Assembly: GCA_037441285.1 (NCBI GenBank)
Contig: JBBISL010000006.1
Location: 1 to 64,000 of the forward strand
DNA: 64,000 nucleotides
Direction: 5' to 3'
DNA from: a candidate division WOR-3 bacterium
GTDB taxonomy: Bacteria; Hydrothermota; Tepidihabitantia; Tepidihabitantales; Tepidihabitantaceae
The notes beneath the pieces were generated by a model, which ran no database searches, was not told the DNA's origin, and was given only the letters and a program-made list of their open reading frames with translations. This document shows, one piece after another, positions 30,241 through 39,911 of the stretch. The position numbers and the translations under genes were made by a program. Position 1 is the first letter of the stretch; each line of letters starts with the position of its first letter.

Positions 30241-30608
30241 GGTAAAATTTTACCACCCCAGCCCCGGCTGTCAAGGATATTTTATATAATTGTTTAGTTA
30301 TTAAAATTCAATAAGTTACATAGATAAGTCCGGTTTGCATCTGTTCCGGCACTGTTCATTACCTTTTTAGGTGTTGAATTTATAGTAATTTAGCGAAATA
30401 TACCCCCTGAAATCAGGAGAAAATTAACATCCGGCAAAACCTGACCAAAAAGTGGCTAAAACACGGCTGGTTTTTAATATAACTATTTGAAAAACATAGC
30501 GTTACACCCAAAAAGCCATTCCCCTTCCATCCGAAACGGGCGATTGGGCGTGTCTGGGGTCAATTTTTCTTGACATTGCCGGATAGAGCCTCATAATAAG
30601 ATGTTTTT

Positions 30609-31673
30609 ATGAAAGGGCTTGTTTTGTGCGGCGGTCGGGGCACGCGGCTACGCCCCCTCACCTACACAATCGCCAAACAGTTGATTCCGGTTGCCAATCG
30701 GCCCATTCTCTCCTATGTGTTCGACCACCTTGCTGCGGCTAACATCAAGGAGGTGGGGGTTATCATCTCGCCCGAAACCGGTCCTGCGGTACGAGAATTT
30801 TTAGGCACGGGCGCGCGCTGGAACGCAAAAATCGAATACATCCTACAAAAGGAGCCGCTCGGTCTTGCCCATGCGGTCAAAATCGCCCGGCAGTTTCTTG
30901 GTGATGAGCCGTTTGTGATGTATTTAGGCGACAACCTGCTTCAGGATGGCATCGTCTCCGCCCTGAAAAGATTCACCACCGAAAATGTCGATGCCCTGAT
31001 TATGCTCAAACCGGTCCCAAACCCTTCTGCCTTTGGCGTTGCCGTCCTCTCAGAACAGGGCGAAGTGGTCCGGCTCGTGGAAAAGCCTCAGAATCCGCCC
31101 TCCAACCTTGCCTTGGTCGGCGTGTACCTGTTCTCGCCCAAAATCCACCCGGTGATTGAAACCCTGCGCCCCTCCTGGCGCAACGAACTGGAAATCACCG
31201 ATGCGCTACAAACCTTAATTGAAAAAGGGGCACGGGTTAAACCGGTCATCGTTGAGGGCTGGTGGCTCGACACCGGCAAAAAGGACGACCTCCTTGATGC
31301 CAACCACATCGTCCTTAAAACCTACTGCACCCGCACCATCGCCGGTACCGTGCACCAATCAGAAATTTTTGACAATGTTTCTGTTGCCACCGACGCCCGG
31401 ATTGTCAACTCAAAACTGTTTGGACCCACGGTCATTGGCGCCGGTGCCCTTATTGAGAACTCAACGGTTGGACCTTACGCCTCAATCGGCAACGACTGCA
31501 TCATCCGCAACTCCCATATCCAGGGTTCGGTTGTCCTTGAAAAAAGCTCCATCTTCGGCGTCAATCGAATAACCCGCAGTCTCATTGGCAGGCAGGTAAA
31601 AATTCAGGCGAACCCGGAACAGGAGCACGACCTGCACCTGCTCCTCTCTGACTCCAGCGAGGTTGAACTGTGA
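30609..31673 (+). CDS. rmlA: Glucose-1-phosphate thymidylyltransferase (long form)
   Basis: GGRGTRLRPLT..KQLIPVAN, LVEKP, ELEITDA, WLDTG; C-terminal hexapeptide repeats. Confidence 0.92.
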   Translation: MKGLVLCGGRGTRLRPLTYTIAKQLIPVANRPILSYVFDHLAAANIKEVGVIISPETGPAVREFLGTGARWNAKIEYILQKEPLGLAHAVKIARQFLGDEPFVMYLGDNLLQDGIVSALKRFTTENVDALIMLKPVPNPSAFGVAVLSEQGEVVRLVEKPQNPPSNLALVGVYLFSPKIHPVIETLRPSWRNELEITDALQTLIEKGARVKPVIVEGWWLDTGKKDDLLDANHIVLKTYCTRTIAGTVHQSEIFDNVSVATDARIVNSKLFGPTVIGAGALIENSTVGPYASIGNDCIIRNSHIQGSVVLEKSSIFGVNRITRSLIGRQVKIQANPEQEHDLHLLLSDSSEVEL

Positions 31674-32164
31674 ACCGCCCATTTCAGGAGTTGGACATCA
31701 AAGGGGTGTTACTTGCCCCTGCCCTCATCAACGCCGACCCGCGCGGCTGGTTGTGTGAAACTTTTCGGCAGGACTGGTTTGAAACTGCCGGCTTAACCGA
31801 ACTCAATCCGGTAATGGGTTATCTCTCTTTTACCAATCCGGGCGCTATCCGTGGTCCGCACGAACACCGCAACCAGACCGACATCTTTACCTTTCCTGGT
31901 CCCTCCGACTTTCTTGTTGTCCTCTGGGACAACCGGCAGAACTCGCCCACCTTCCAGCATCGGCTCCAGCTTACCCTGGGCGCCTCAAAACCGGCGCTCT
32001 TAATTGTGCCGCCCGGGGTTGTGCACGGTTACAAAAACATCGGGTCGGTGCCCGGTCTCGTCATCAACAGCCCGAACCGGCTCTATCGCGGCAGGAACCG
32101 CAGCGAACCGGTGGACGAAATCCGCTACGAAGACGACCCGGACCGCCCGTTTAAGATTGAATAA
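31670..32164 (+). CDS. rmlC: dTDP-4-dehydrorhamnose 3,5-epimerase family cupin
   Basis: DPRGWL.E.F, RGPHEH, D.R..SPTF, PPGVVHGY. Confidence 0.85.
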   Translation: MNRPFQELDIKGVLLAPALINADPRGWLCETFRQDWFETAGLTELNPVMGYLSFTNPGAIRGPHEHRNQTDIFTFPGPSDFLVVLWDNRQNSPTFQHRLQLTLGASKPALLIVPPGVVHGYKNIGSVPGLVINSPNRLYRGRNRSEPVDEIRYEDDPDRPFKIE

Positions 32165-32165
32165 A

Positions 32166-33161
32166 ATGAAACTCCTCATCACCGGCGGTTGCGGTTTTAT
32201 CGGCTCAAACCTGATTTACCACCTTTTGAACCACCACCCGGACTGGCAAATCATCAACCTCGACAACCTCTCCTATCCCGCCCAGGGTAAAAACCTCGCA
32301 TCCCTGGAAAAAAACCCCCGTTATCGCCTTGTCGTCGGCGCAATTGAAGCCCCAAAGACCGTGCTCGCCGCATTAAGCGGCTGCGATGCGGTAATCCATC
32401 TCGCGGCCCAGACCCATGTTGACCGCTCCATCCTTGACCCAATCCCATTCGTCCACACCAATGTCCTCGGTACCCAGGTACTGCTTGATGCGGCGCGGCA
32501 GGCAAGCATCAGCCGTTTTGTCCACATCTCCACCGATGAGGTTTACGGTGCCCTCGCCGAAAATGCTCCACCCTTCACCGAAAACTCACCACTCGCACCC
32601 CGTTCGCCTTATGCCGCGTCCAAAGCATCTGCCGACCTTCTCGTCCTCGCCGCTTACGAAACCTTCCGGATGCCGGTGCTCATTGTTCGCCCTTCCAACA
32701 ACTACGGACCGTACCAGTTCCCGGAGAAGTTTATTCCGCTCGCGATTACCAACCTCCTTGAAGGCAAAAAGGTCCCGGTTTACGGCACCGGGAAAAACAT
32801 CCGCGACTGGATTTTTGTCGAAGACACCTGCCGGGCAATTGAACTCGTCCTCCTCAAAGGCACACCGGGCGAAGTTTACAACGCCGGCGGCGCCTGCGAA
32901 AAACGCAACATCGAACTAATCCAGGTGATTTTGAACCTTCTGGGCAAAGACGACCAGTGGATTGAGTTTGTGCCTGACCGACCGGGGCACGACTACCGCT
33001 ATGCCCTTGACAACACCAAAATCAACCAACTCGGCTGGCAGCCAACTGTTGACTTCGCGCTCGGCATACAGCGCACCGTCCGCTGGTATCAGGAAAATCC
33101 GGACTGGTGGCAACCGCTCAAACAGCGTTTGCCGCGCGAGGTCAAGGGATTCTGGACTTAA
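32166..33161 (+). CDS. rmlB: dTDP-glucose 4,6-dehydratase
   Basis: TGGCGFIG, THVDRSI, STDEVYG, YAASK, NNYGPYQFPEK, DRPGHD.RY. Confidence 0.95.
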   Translation: MKLLITGGCGFIGSNLIYHLLNHHPDWQIINLDNLSYPAQGKNLASLEKNPRYRLVVGAIEAPKTVLAALSGCDAVIHLAAQTHVDRSILDPIPFVHTNVLGTQVLLDAARQASISRFVHISTDEVYGALAENAPPFTENSPLAPRSPYAASKASADLLVLAAYETFRMPVLIVRPSNNYGPYQFPEKFIPLAITNLLEGKKVPVYGTGKNIRDWIFVEDTCRAIELVLLKGTPGEVYNAGGACEKRNIELIQVILNLLGKDDQWIEFVPDRPGHDYRYALDNTKINQLGWQPTVDFALGIQRTVRWYQENPDWWQPLKQRLPREVKGFWT

Positions 33162-33200
33162 CCGGTTGACTGACTTTGAAAATCGGCTAATCTATCACCA

Positions 33201-34472
33201 ATGAGCGAAAACATCTTTACCGACCTGTCGGCGCGTCCCCTCGAACTGGGCATCGCCGCGGTTGACCCGCTCGAAACCGAAAGGCTGCGCCGGGTCATCG
33301 CCGCTCAGGAACCGGGCTCAAATCTACTCACGCTTCCGGCTGAAGAGATGCTGAGCCGTCTGGGCATCTTAACCGCTCAGGGCAAACTGACCACCGCCGG
33401 TATGCTTCTGGTCGGCAAAGAGGAACTACTCCGCTCGACCATCCCGGGCCACAGCGCCATCTACCTCCATATGAAAAACGATGTTGAGTACGACCGGCGC
33501 ATCGATTCCACCAAACCGCTCCTCGCCCTCCTCGAAGAGTTCACCAATTCGGTTGAACCTCACAACCGCATCTTCACCCTGAAGTTCGGCCTCTTCCACT
33601 TTGAAATCCCGGACTTTCCGCCTGAGGTCTATCGCGAGGCGCTGCTCAACGCCTTCACCCACCGCGACTACTCAATAACCGCACCCGTCTATCTCCGCCA
33701 CTTTCCGGACCGGCTGGAAATCTCCTCACCCGGTGGATTTTTAAGCGATGTTACTCCGGAAAACATCATTGGCCATGAGCCCATCAGCCGCAACCCGCTC
33801 CTTGCCGAAATCCTTGAGCGCATCCGCCTGGTTGAGCGCGCCGGTATGGGCGTGAAACGGATGTTCCAGATTCTCCTCTCCTATGGCAAAGAGCCACCCG
33901 CCTACGAATCGGGCGCCGACTATGTCCGGGTTACGCTCCGCTCGGGCCGGGCAGAAAACAAAATTGATGAAAACTTTGCCCGCTTTGTTGTCCGCTGCCA
34001 GCAGGAGGGTAAAGAACTTTCCCTTTCTGACCTCTTGCTCCTCAACTGGCTCAAACGCAACCGCGAACTGGACCTTACCGAAGCCCGCACCATCCTTGGC
34101 CGGTCCGAACGGGAGGCGTACGAAGCGCTCACCGCAATGGTCAACCGCGGACTCCTTGAACCGTTTGGTGAAAAAAAGGGCAGGGTGTACCGGCTGTCAA
34201 AAATGGCTTATGCCCGGCTGCGCAAATCGGTAAACTACTACCCATTCCGCCGCGCCGAATCCACCTATGCCGAGACCACCATTCTCCACTACCTTGAAGA
34301 CCTCACCGGACCCGAAGAGTCCCGCTTTATCACCAACGAGATTGTCCGCACCCTATTGCGCGTCTCACCGGACCAGGCAACCCATATCCTTAACCGGCTG
34401 GTAAAACAGGGCAAACTCACCCTTACTGGTAAAGGCAGGGGCGCCCGTTACCACCTTCGCAAAACCTCATAG
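33201..34472 (+). CDS. HATPase_c_4 (RecG C-terminal-like) plus wHTH protein, lacking the usual AlbA_2/Schlafen N-domain
   Basis: REALLNAFTHRDY, LEISSPGG, RNPLLA, ERAGMG; C-terminal wHTH ending GKGRGARY. Confidence 0.8.
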   Translation: MSENIFTDLSARPLELGIAAVDPLETERLRRVIAAQEPGSNLLTLPAEEMLSRLGILTAQGKLTTAGMLLVGKEELLRSTIPGHSAIYLHMKNDVEYDRRIDSTKPLLALLEEFTNSVEPHNRIFTLKFGLFHFEIPDFPPEVYREALLNAFTHRDYSITAPVYLRHFPDRLEISSPGGFLSDVTPENIIGHEPISRNPLLAEILERIRLVERAGMGVKRMFQILLSYGKEPPAYESGADYVRVTLRSGRAENKIDENFARFVVRCQQEGKELSLSDLLLLNWLKRNRELDLTEARTILGRSEREAYEALTAMVNRGLLEPFGEKKGRVYRLSKMAYARLRKSVNYYPFRRAESTYAETTILHYLEDLTGPEESRFITNEIVRTLLRVSPDQATHILNRLVKQGKLTLTGKGRGARYHLRKTS

Positions 34473-34537
34473 CAACCCCAACCGCCCGACACACCAAGAG
34501 CCAGCACCAATACCAGCCGAAAATCGGTGAGACCACA

Positions 34538-34666
34538 ATTTCCCATACCATCCCCGAAACTGTCCCGGGGTTGGGTAGGGAAAATCGGCTGAAAACAGAT
34601 TAACCCACAAAAAATCATATCGTTATGTCAAAACCCACTTTTTCTATCGTTATACTTTAAAGTATA
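34538..34666. repeat. Dispersed intergenic element, copy 1
   Basis: ATTTCCCATACCATCCCC..CCCGGGGTTGG..CGTTATG..CGTTATACTTTAAAGTATA, shared with 55348-55475. Confidence 0.85.
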
Positions 34667-34830
34667 CTTATCCCATTCATCGGCTCTGATTCACACCTTC
34701 AGCAAATTAGGTTAAAGTAATCCCTTTGACACCGACCCATCTCTTTCGGGCAAATAAACCACCCTGCATCTCTTTGACCGCACAATTTAGTTTAATATAA
34801 TTTATAGATATAAACCTTAAAGGAGGACTG

Positions 34831-37551
34831 GTGAGTAAAACAATCTGCGCCAGCATTTTCTTAATGCTGTGCATCGTCCCAATCTCTGCTTTGCCCGCAG
34901 ACCATTTTCGTTCCGGGCAGATTCACCGCTTTTCATCCGAACCCAGTGCGGAAATCAACTTCATCTCTTTTAGCAACGGCTATACCATTGACACCCGCTA
35001 TGGCGAACCCAGCCTGCCGGTCGATTTGCGGCTTGAGCCCCTTGAAGCCCGCTACTACATTATTCAGTTTACCGGACCAATCCAGCGGTCCTGGTTTTCC
35101 CGATTAAACACCCTGGGCATCACGACCATCGGTTATCTGCCCTATTACGCCACCATCGCCCGTTTGACACCGGCGCAACGGGAGCAGGTCGCGCAACTGC
35201 CCTTTGTCCGCTGGACCGGTATCTTTCAGCCCGCCTACAAAATTCAGGCGGAACTGCTGAACCGCACCGAACCAACAGACATTGCGGTTCTCGTAACACC
35301 TGGAGAACCGGCGCAACCCCTAAAACAGATTATCACGCTTCAGGGTGGCACCGTGGTCCAGACCAGCGAAAGCCCATTTGGCACCGTGCTGCACGCCACT
35401 CTGCCGGGCTGGGCAATTCCCCTACTTGCCCGCGCGCCTGAGGCGTTCTGGATTCAGGAGTGGACCGAACCAACGACCGCCAACAACAACGGTCAATGGG
35501 TCACCCAATCGGGCTGGCGCGCCACTGCACCGCCCGACACCTCAACCGCGGCGCGGCCCGTGTGGCGCAATGGTGTGCGCGGTCAAGGGGTCATTCTTTC
35601 CACCACCGACACCGGCTTGAACCTCGGCCACGATATGTTCCGCGACCCGGCGCTATCGGTAACCCCGCCTGGAATCTGGCCCGAGCATCGCAAGGTGGTC
35701 GCCTACAAAAAGTATGCTACCGCTGATGCCAGTGAAGGACAGTATCACGGCTCCCATGTCAACGGCACCGTTGCCGGTGACGACTCAATTACCGGCGGCA
35801 CCAGTTACTACGACGGTATGTCAATCAAGGGCCGTCTCTACTTTGTTGACCTGACCAACGGCACCAGTTTTGTGCTCGGCACCGACCTCTGGACCCTCTG
35901 GGACACGGTCTATTTTGGCCGGGGTTTGCCCGATTCGCTCCGACCCATCAAACAGCACTCCGGCTCCTGGGGCTGGTCCAACTCCTCGGGCACCTATCTC
36001 CTCCAGGACGCCTCTACCGACGCCTTCATCTGGGCGCACAAAGACTTCCTGAACATTATGGCAGCGGGCAATGAGTACTCAACCCGCCGGATTCGCAACC
36101 CGGGAATCGCCAAGAATGTTGTGACCGTCGGCGCGCTCCAGAACGGCACCGCCTCCAACGCCATCGCCTCATTTTCCAGCCGGGGACCAACCCAGGACGG
36201 CAGGCTCAAACCGAGCATTATGGCACCGGGCGAAGGCATCTACTCCGCAACCCGCACCGGCACCAACACCTATCAGTCAATGGACGGCACCTCAATGGCA
36301 ACGCCGATGACCAGCGGCGCCATCGGACTCATCCGCTGTTACCTCCAGGAAGGCTATTACCCGACCGGCACCGCAACACCGGAAAACCGCATCTCCTACA
36401 TCTCGGCGGCACTGCTCCGCTCAATGGCAATCGCCTCCGCCGACCCGAACATCGGCTCCTACACACCACCGGACAACAACATCGGCTGGGGCAGAATTGA
36501 TGTCGATTCGGTACTCTACTTTGCGGGCGACACCCGAAAACTTCTGTTAAAGGACGACACGATTGGCATCGCCACCGGCGAATATGCCGAAGAGCAGTTC
36601 CGGGTTGAATCTTCAATCCCGTTAAGGGTCGCCCTTGCCTGGTCTGACACCGCAGCGGCGCCCAGCGCCAACCCAACCCTTGTCAACAACCTTGACTTAG
36701 AACTGATTTCACCCACTGGCACCTACTACCGCGGCAATAAGTACAGCGCGGGTCAATCCATCGCCAACCCCACCGGCTGGGACTCAATCAACACCGAAGA
36801 GTGCTGCCGCATCAATGCACCGGACACCGGACTCTGGACAATTCGGGTTTATGGCAGAAATGTCGCAACCGGTAGCCGTCAGCCTTTTGCCTGGACAATC
36901 ACCGGCGCGCTCGCCCTGCCGACAATAACCCACGATGCCGGCGTAATGGCAATCATCACCCCGAGCGGTGACATCGACTCCGGCACGGTTATCACACCCC
37001 AGGCACTGGTCAAAAACTACGGCACGACCGACGAAGAAATTACAGTAATTTTCAAAATCTCATCAATCTAAACCGACACCCAGACAGTAACGCTCGCCGC
37101 AGGCGCAACCGAAACCCTTGACTTCGACCCCTGGGCCGCAGAAGTAATCGGCACCCAGACCGCAACATCCTTCACCATCCTGTCGGGCGATGAAAATCCG
37201 GCTAACGACACCGCCCGGTTTGAGTTTGAGGTCCTGCCCGGCACCGGCGTCAAAGAAGGCATCGCATCGCTCAATCGGGTATTTCTTGCTCCGGCCGAAC
37301 CCAACCCCTTCCGCAACAATGTCTCTCTCCGCTTCAATCTGCCTAAATTTAGTTCGGTAAAACTCCAGATTTTCTCAGTTACCGGCGAACTTGTCGCCAC
37401 CCTCGTCAACACCGAAAAACCAGCAGGCATCCACACCGTCATCTGGAACGGCACGATGGAAAATGGTAAAAGCGCCAACCACGGCGTCTTCTACTGCCGG
37501 CTCAGCACGGGCAACACCGTACTCACTCGCAAACTTATCAAAACCCGATAA
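34831..37551 (+). pseudogene. Secreted S8 subtilisin-like peptidase with CARDB-like and FlgD/T9SS-like tail, interrupted by an in-frame TAA at 37069-37071
   Basis: Catalytic DTG, HGSHV and GTSMATP; the frame stays open after the TAA to 37551 (TDTQTVTL..PNPF..WNG..GVFYCRL..KLIK). Confidence 0.85.
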
Positions 37552-37568
37552 AGAAGAAGTACCTATGC

Positions 37569-37603
37569 GCGGGGCGTCGGCTCATCCTGACGCCCCGTTT
37601 TAT
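37569..37603 (+). terminator. Rho-independent terminator
   Basis: GGGGCGTC..GACGCCCC followed by a T-run, just after the extended stop at 37551. Confidence 0.8.
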
Positions 37604-37656
37604 TTCCACCCTCATTTGGATTTAAGGCGACCTTTTTTGAAAATAAGACATTGTTA

Positions 37657-37685
37657 TTGACACAACCCGTTCACGGGTTTATTAT
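37657..37685 (+). promoter_or_regulatory. Sigma70 promoter with a palindromic operator-like spacer
   Basis: TTGACA-17 nt-TATTAT; AACCCG-TTCA-CGGGTT at 37664-37679; ATG 6 nt after the -10. Confidence 0.65.
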
Positions 37686-37691
37686 ATTTTG

Positions 37692-39896
37692 ATGGTTAAA
37701 AACCCGCTCTGGCTCTTCGCTCTCCTACTTGCTATAACCCGGGCTGAATGGGTTTCCATTGGACCGGACGGCGGTAACATTCAAATTCTGACAATTGACC
37801 CGCAAAGCCCGAACCGTCTACTGGCAATACCTTACGAAGGACTGGACACACCGCGTGTGTTTGTCACGGTTGATTCCGGTGCCCACTGGCAGACACTCAG
37901 CCGGTTCGGTGACTTCTATCCGCTAACATTGGCGATCGACCCCTATCAACCCAATCGGGCTTATGCCCTGAACGGAAGCGGCAACCTATTTCTTTCCACC
38001 GACAGCGGCGTCTCCTGGCAACTCGGCTCTTTACCCGGACTCAACCTCACCTTAAAACCGGACCCGCACATCGCGGGACGGCTCCTGGTCGGCGGTTATG
38101 ATGTGGTTAATGGCAACTATCTGCCGGCGGTACATATATCAACCGATTTTGGTGCACACTGGGTCAGGGTGATTCCCGACTCAACCGCCCTTAATCAGCA
38201 AGCCCTCTGCCTTGAGTTTGACCCGGCGGTAAGCGATGTCATCTGGCTCGGCTGCTCCAACTCCCTGATTTATCGTTCAACCGATGGCGGAGTCACCTGG
38301 GAACGGCGCTGTTCTGGTCTGCCGGCAAACGCCCCAATCCAGGCGTTGTCCGTTAACCCGGACAACAGCGCCCTCGTCCTTGCCGCAACTGCGTTTGGGC
38401 TTTACCGCACGACCGATGCCGGAATGACCTGGCAAAGCGTAGGTATTGCCCGTACCACTGTTGTTCAATTCCCCTTAACCAATGGTGGAATCGGTTATGC
38501 GCTCGGTTATGACACCTTAACCCAATTCTACCGGCTGTTTGTCTCCCACGACAGCGGCGCAACCTGGAGTACGGCGCAGCCCGGAATTACCCTTGACAAA
38601 GGTGGCGGCTTGATTGCCGACCCGCTAATACCCGCTCGTGCCTATATCTACTCCCCGAAAGGTGTGTTCTGGTCTAATGATGCTGGTAACAACTGGTCTG
38701 AGCGCCATTCCGGGATGCGCTTTACCCGCATCTCAACCATCAGCGTCAGCCCTTCTGACTCCAGCCGGGTGTATCTGGAGTTTTACGAGAACGGTGTTTT
38801 TAAGTCCCTGGACGGTGGCAACACCTGGCACCGCTGCTCCGATTTTCTTGCCTGCGGTAACATCTGCGCAATCGGAATCGCCCCTGGTCCTGGCACCGAT
38901 ATCCTTTACGCCCTGGAAGGCAAGGGTTGAGGCTCTTCTGAGCTCTTTAAGAGCACCGACGGCGGGTCCGTCTGGGAACAGATAGACTCCTACTACGATG
39001 ATGGTGGTTGCTGCCTTGTCCATCCTGCCCAGCCGGAGTTAATCCTCACCGGTGGCCGAGGACCGGTGAGCCAGACCAACTGGTCTTTTGTCGTCTCCTA
39101 CTCTACCAACGGTGGTAGCAACTGGACCCGCTGTAACCTGTCCGGTTCCAGCACCGGTTTCTGTTATACGCTTGCTTTCGCCCCATCGCAAACCGAAATC
39201 TTCTATGCCGGTGGCGAGGTTGCGGGCTACGGTGCCGTTTACCGCTCGACAAATAACGGCATCACCTGGACACGGACAACTCAAGCACCGATTGAAACCG
39301 TTTTCAGCCTCATTGTCCATCCTCGAAATCCCAACCTTATCTACGCTGCCACTGCGGGCGGTGTGTACCGGTCAACAGACGCCGGAACAAACTGGACCAA
39401 CCTCCTTTCCCAGCGCGGCATGCGGACGATAAAAATCTTCCCGGACGCACCCGACACCATCGTTGCCGCCGGTGACTATGGAGTGATGGTTTCAACCGAT
39501 GCCGGCGCCCACTGGCACGAGATGAACGACGGCTTGGAATGTTTGCGGATAACCAGCCTTGAGTTTGTCCACGCCCCGGAACTCAGCCTCCTTGCCGGAA
39601 CCACTAACGGTGCCGGATACCGCTGGACTTTTTCTACCGGTACCAACGAACTTCCCGATTCTAAGACAACGCCCTGGCGCATCTCGCCCAATCCCGCAAG
39701 CCACCGCGTCTCCGTCCAGACCAACCATCCGGTGCCGCACCTTGCCCTTTACGATGCACTGGGCAGAAAGGTCTGGCACGGTTCAGGCGCTCAAACGGTG
39801 ACAATTGATGTCAGCCGCCTGCCCCGCGGTGTCTACCACCTTGAAGCCCGAACCGCTCTGGGAAGATGGATCGGCCGGTTTACCGTTGCCCGCTGA
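37692..39896 (+). CDS. Secreted Asp-box (BNR/VPS10-like) beta-propeller with T9SS-like tail; single gene across an in-frame UGA at 38928-38930
   Basis: ORFs 37689-38930 and 39066-39896 share a frame; the 45 intervening codons are open and contain an Asp-box (FKSTDGGSVW). Confidence 0.75.
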
Positions 39897-39911
39897 GTAA
39901 GCAGAACCGCC

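Noticed and set aside
37068..37478. 136-aa minus-strand ORF
   Set aside because: Shadow of the read-through C-terminal part of the S8 protease on the plus strand.
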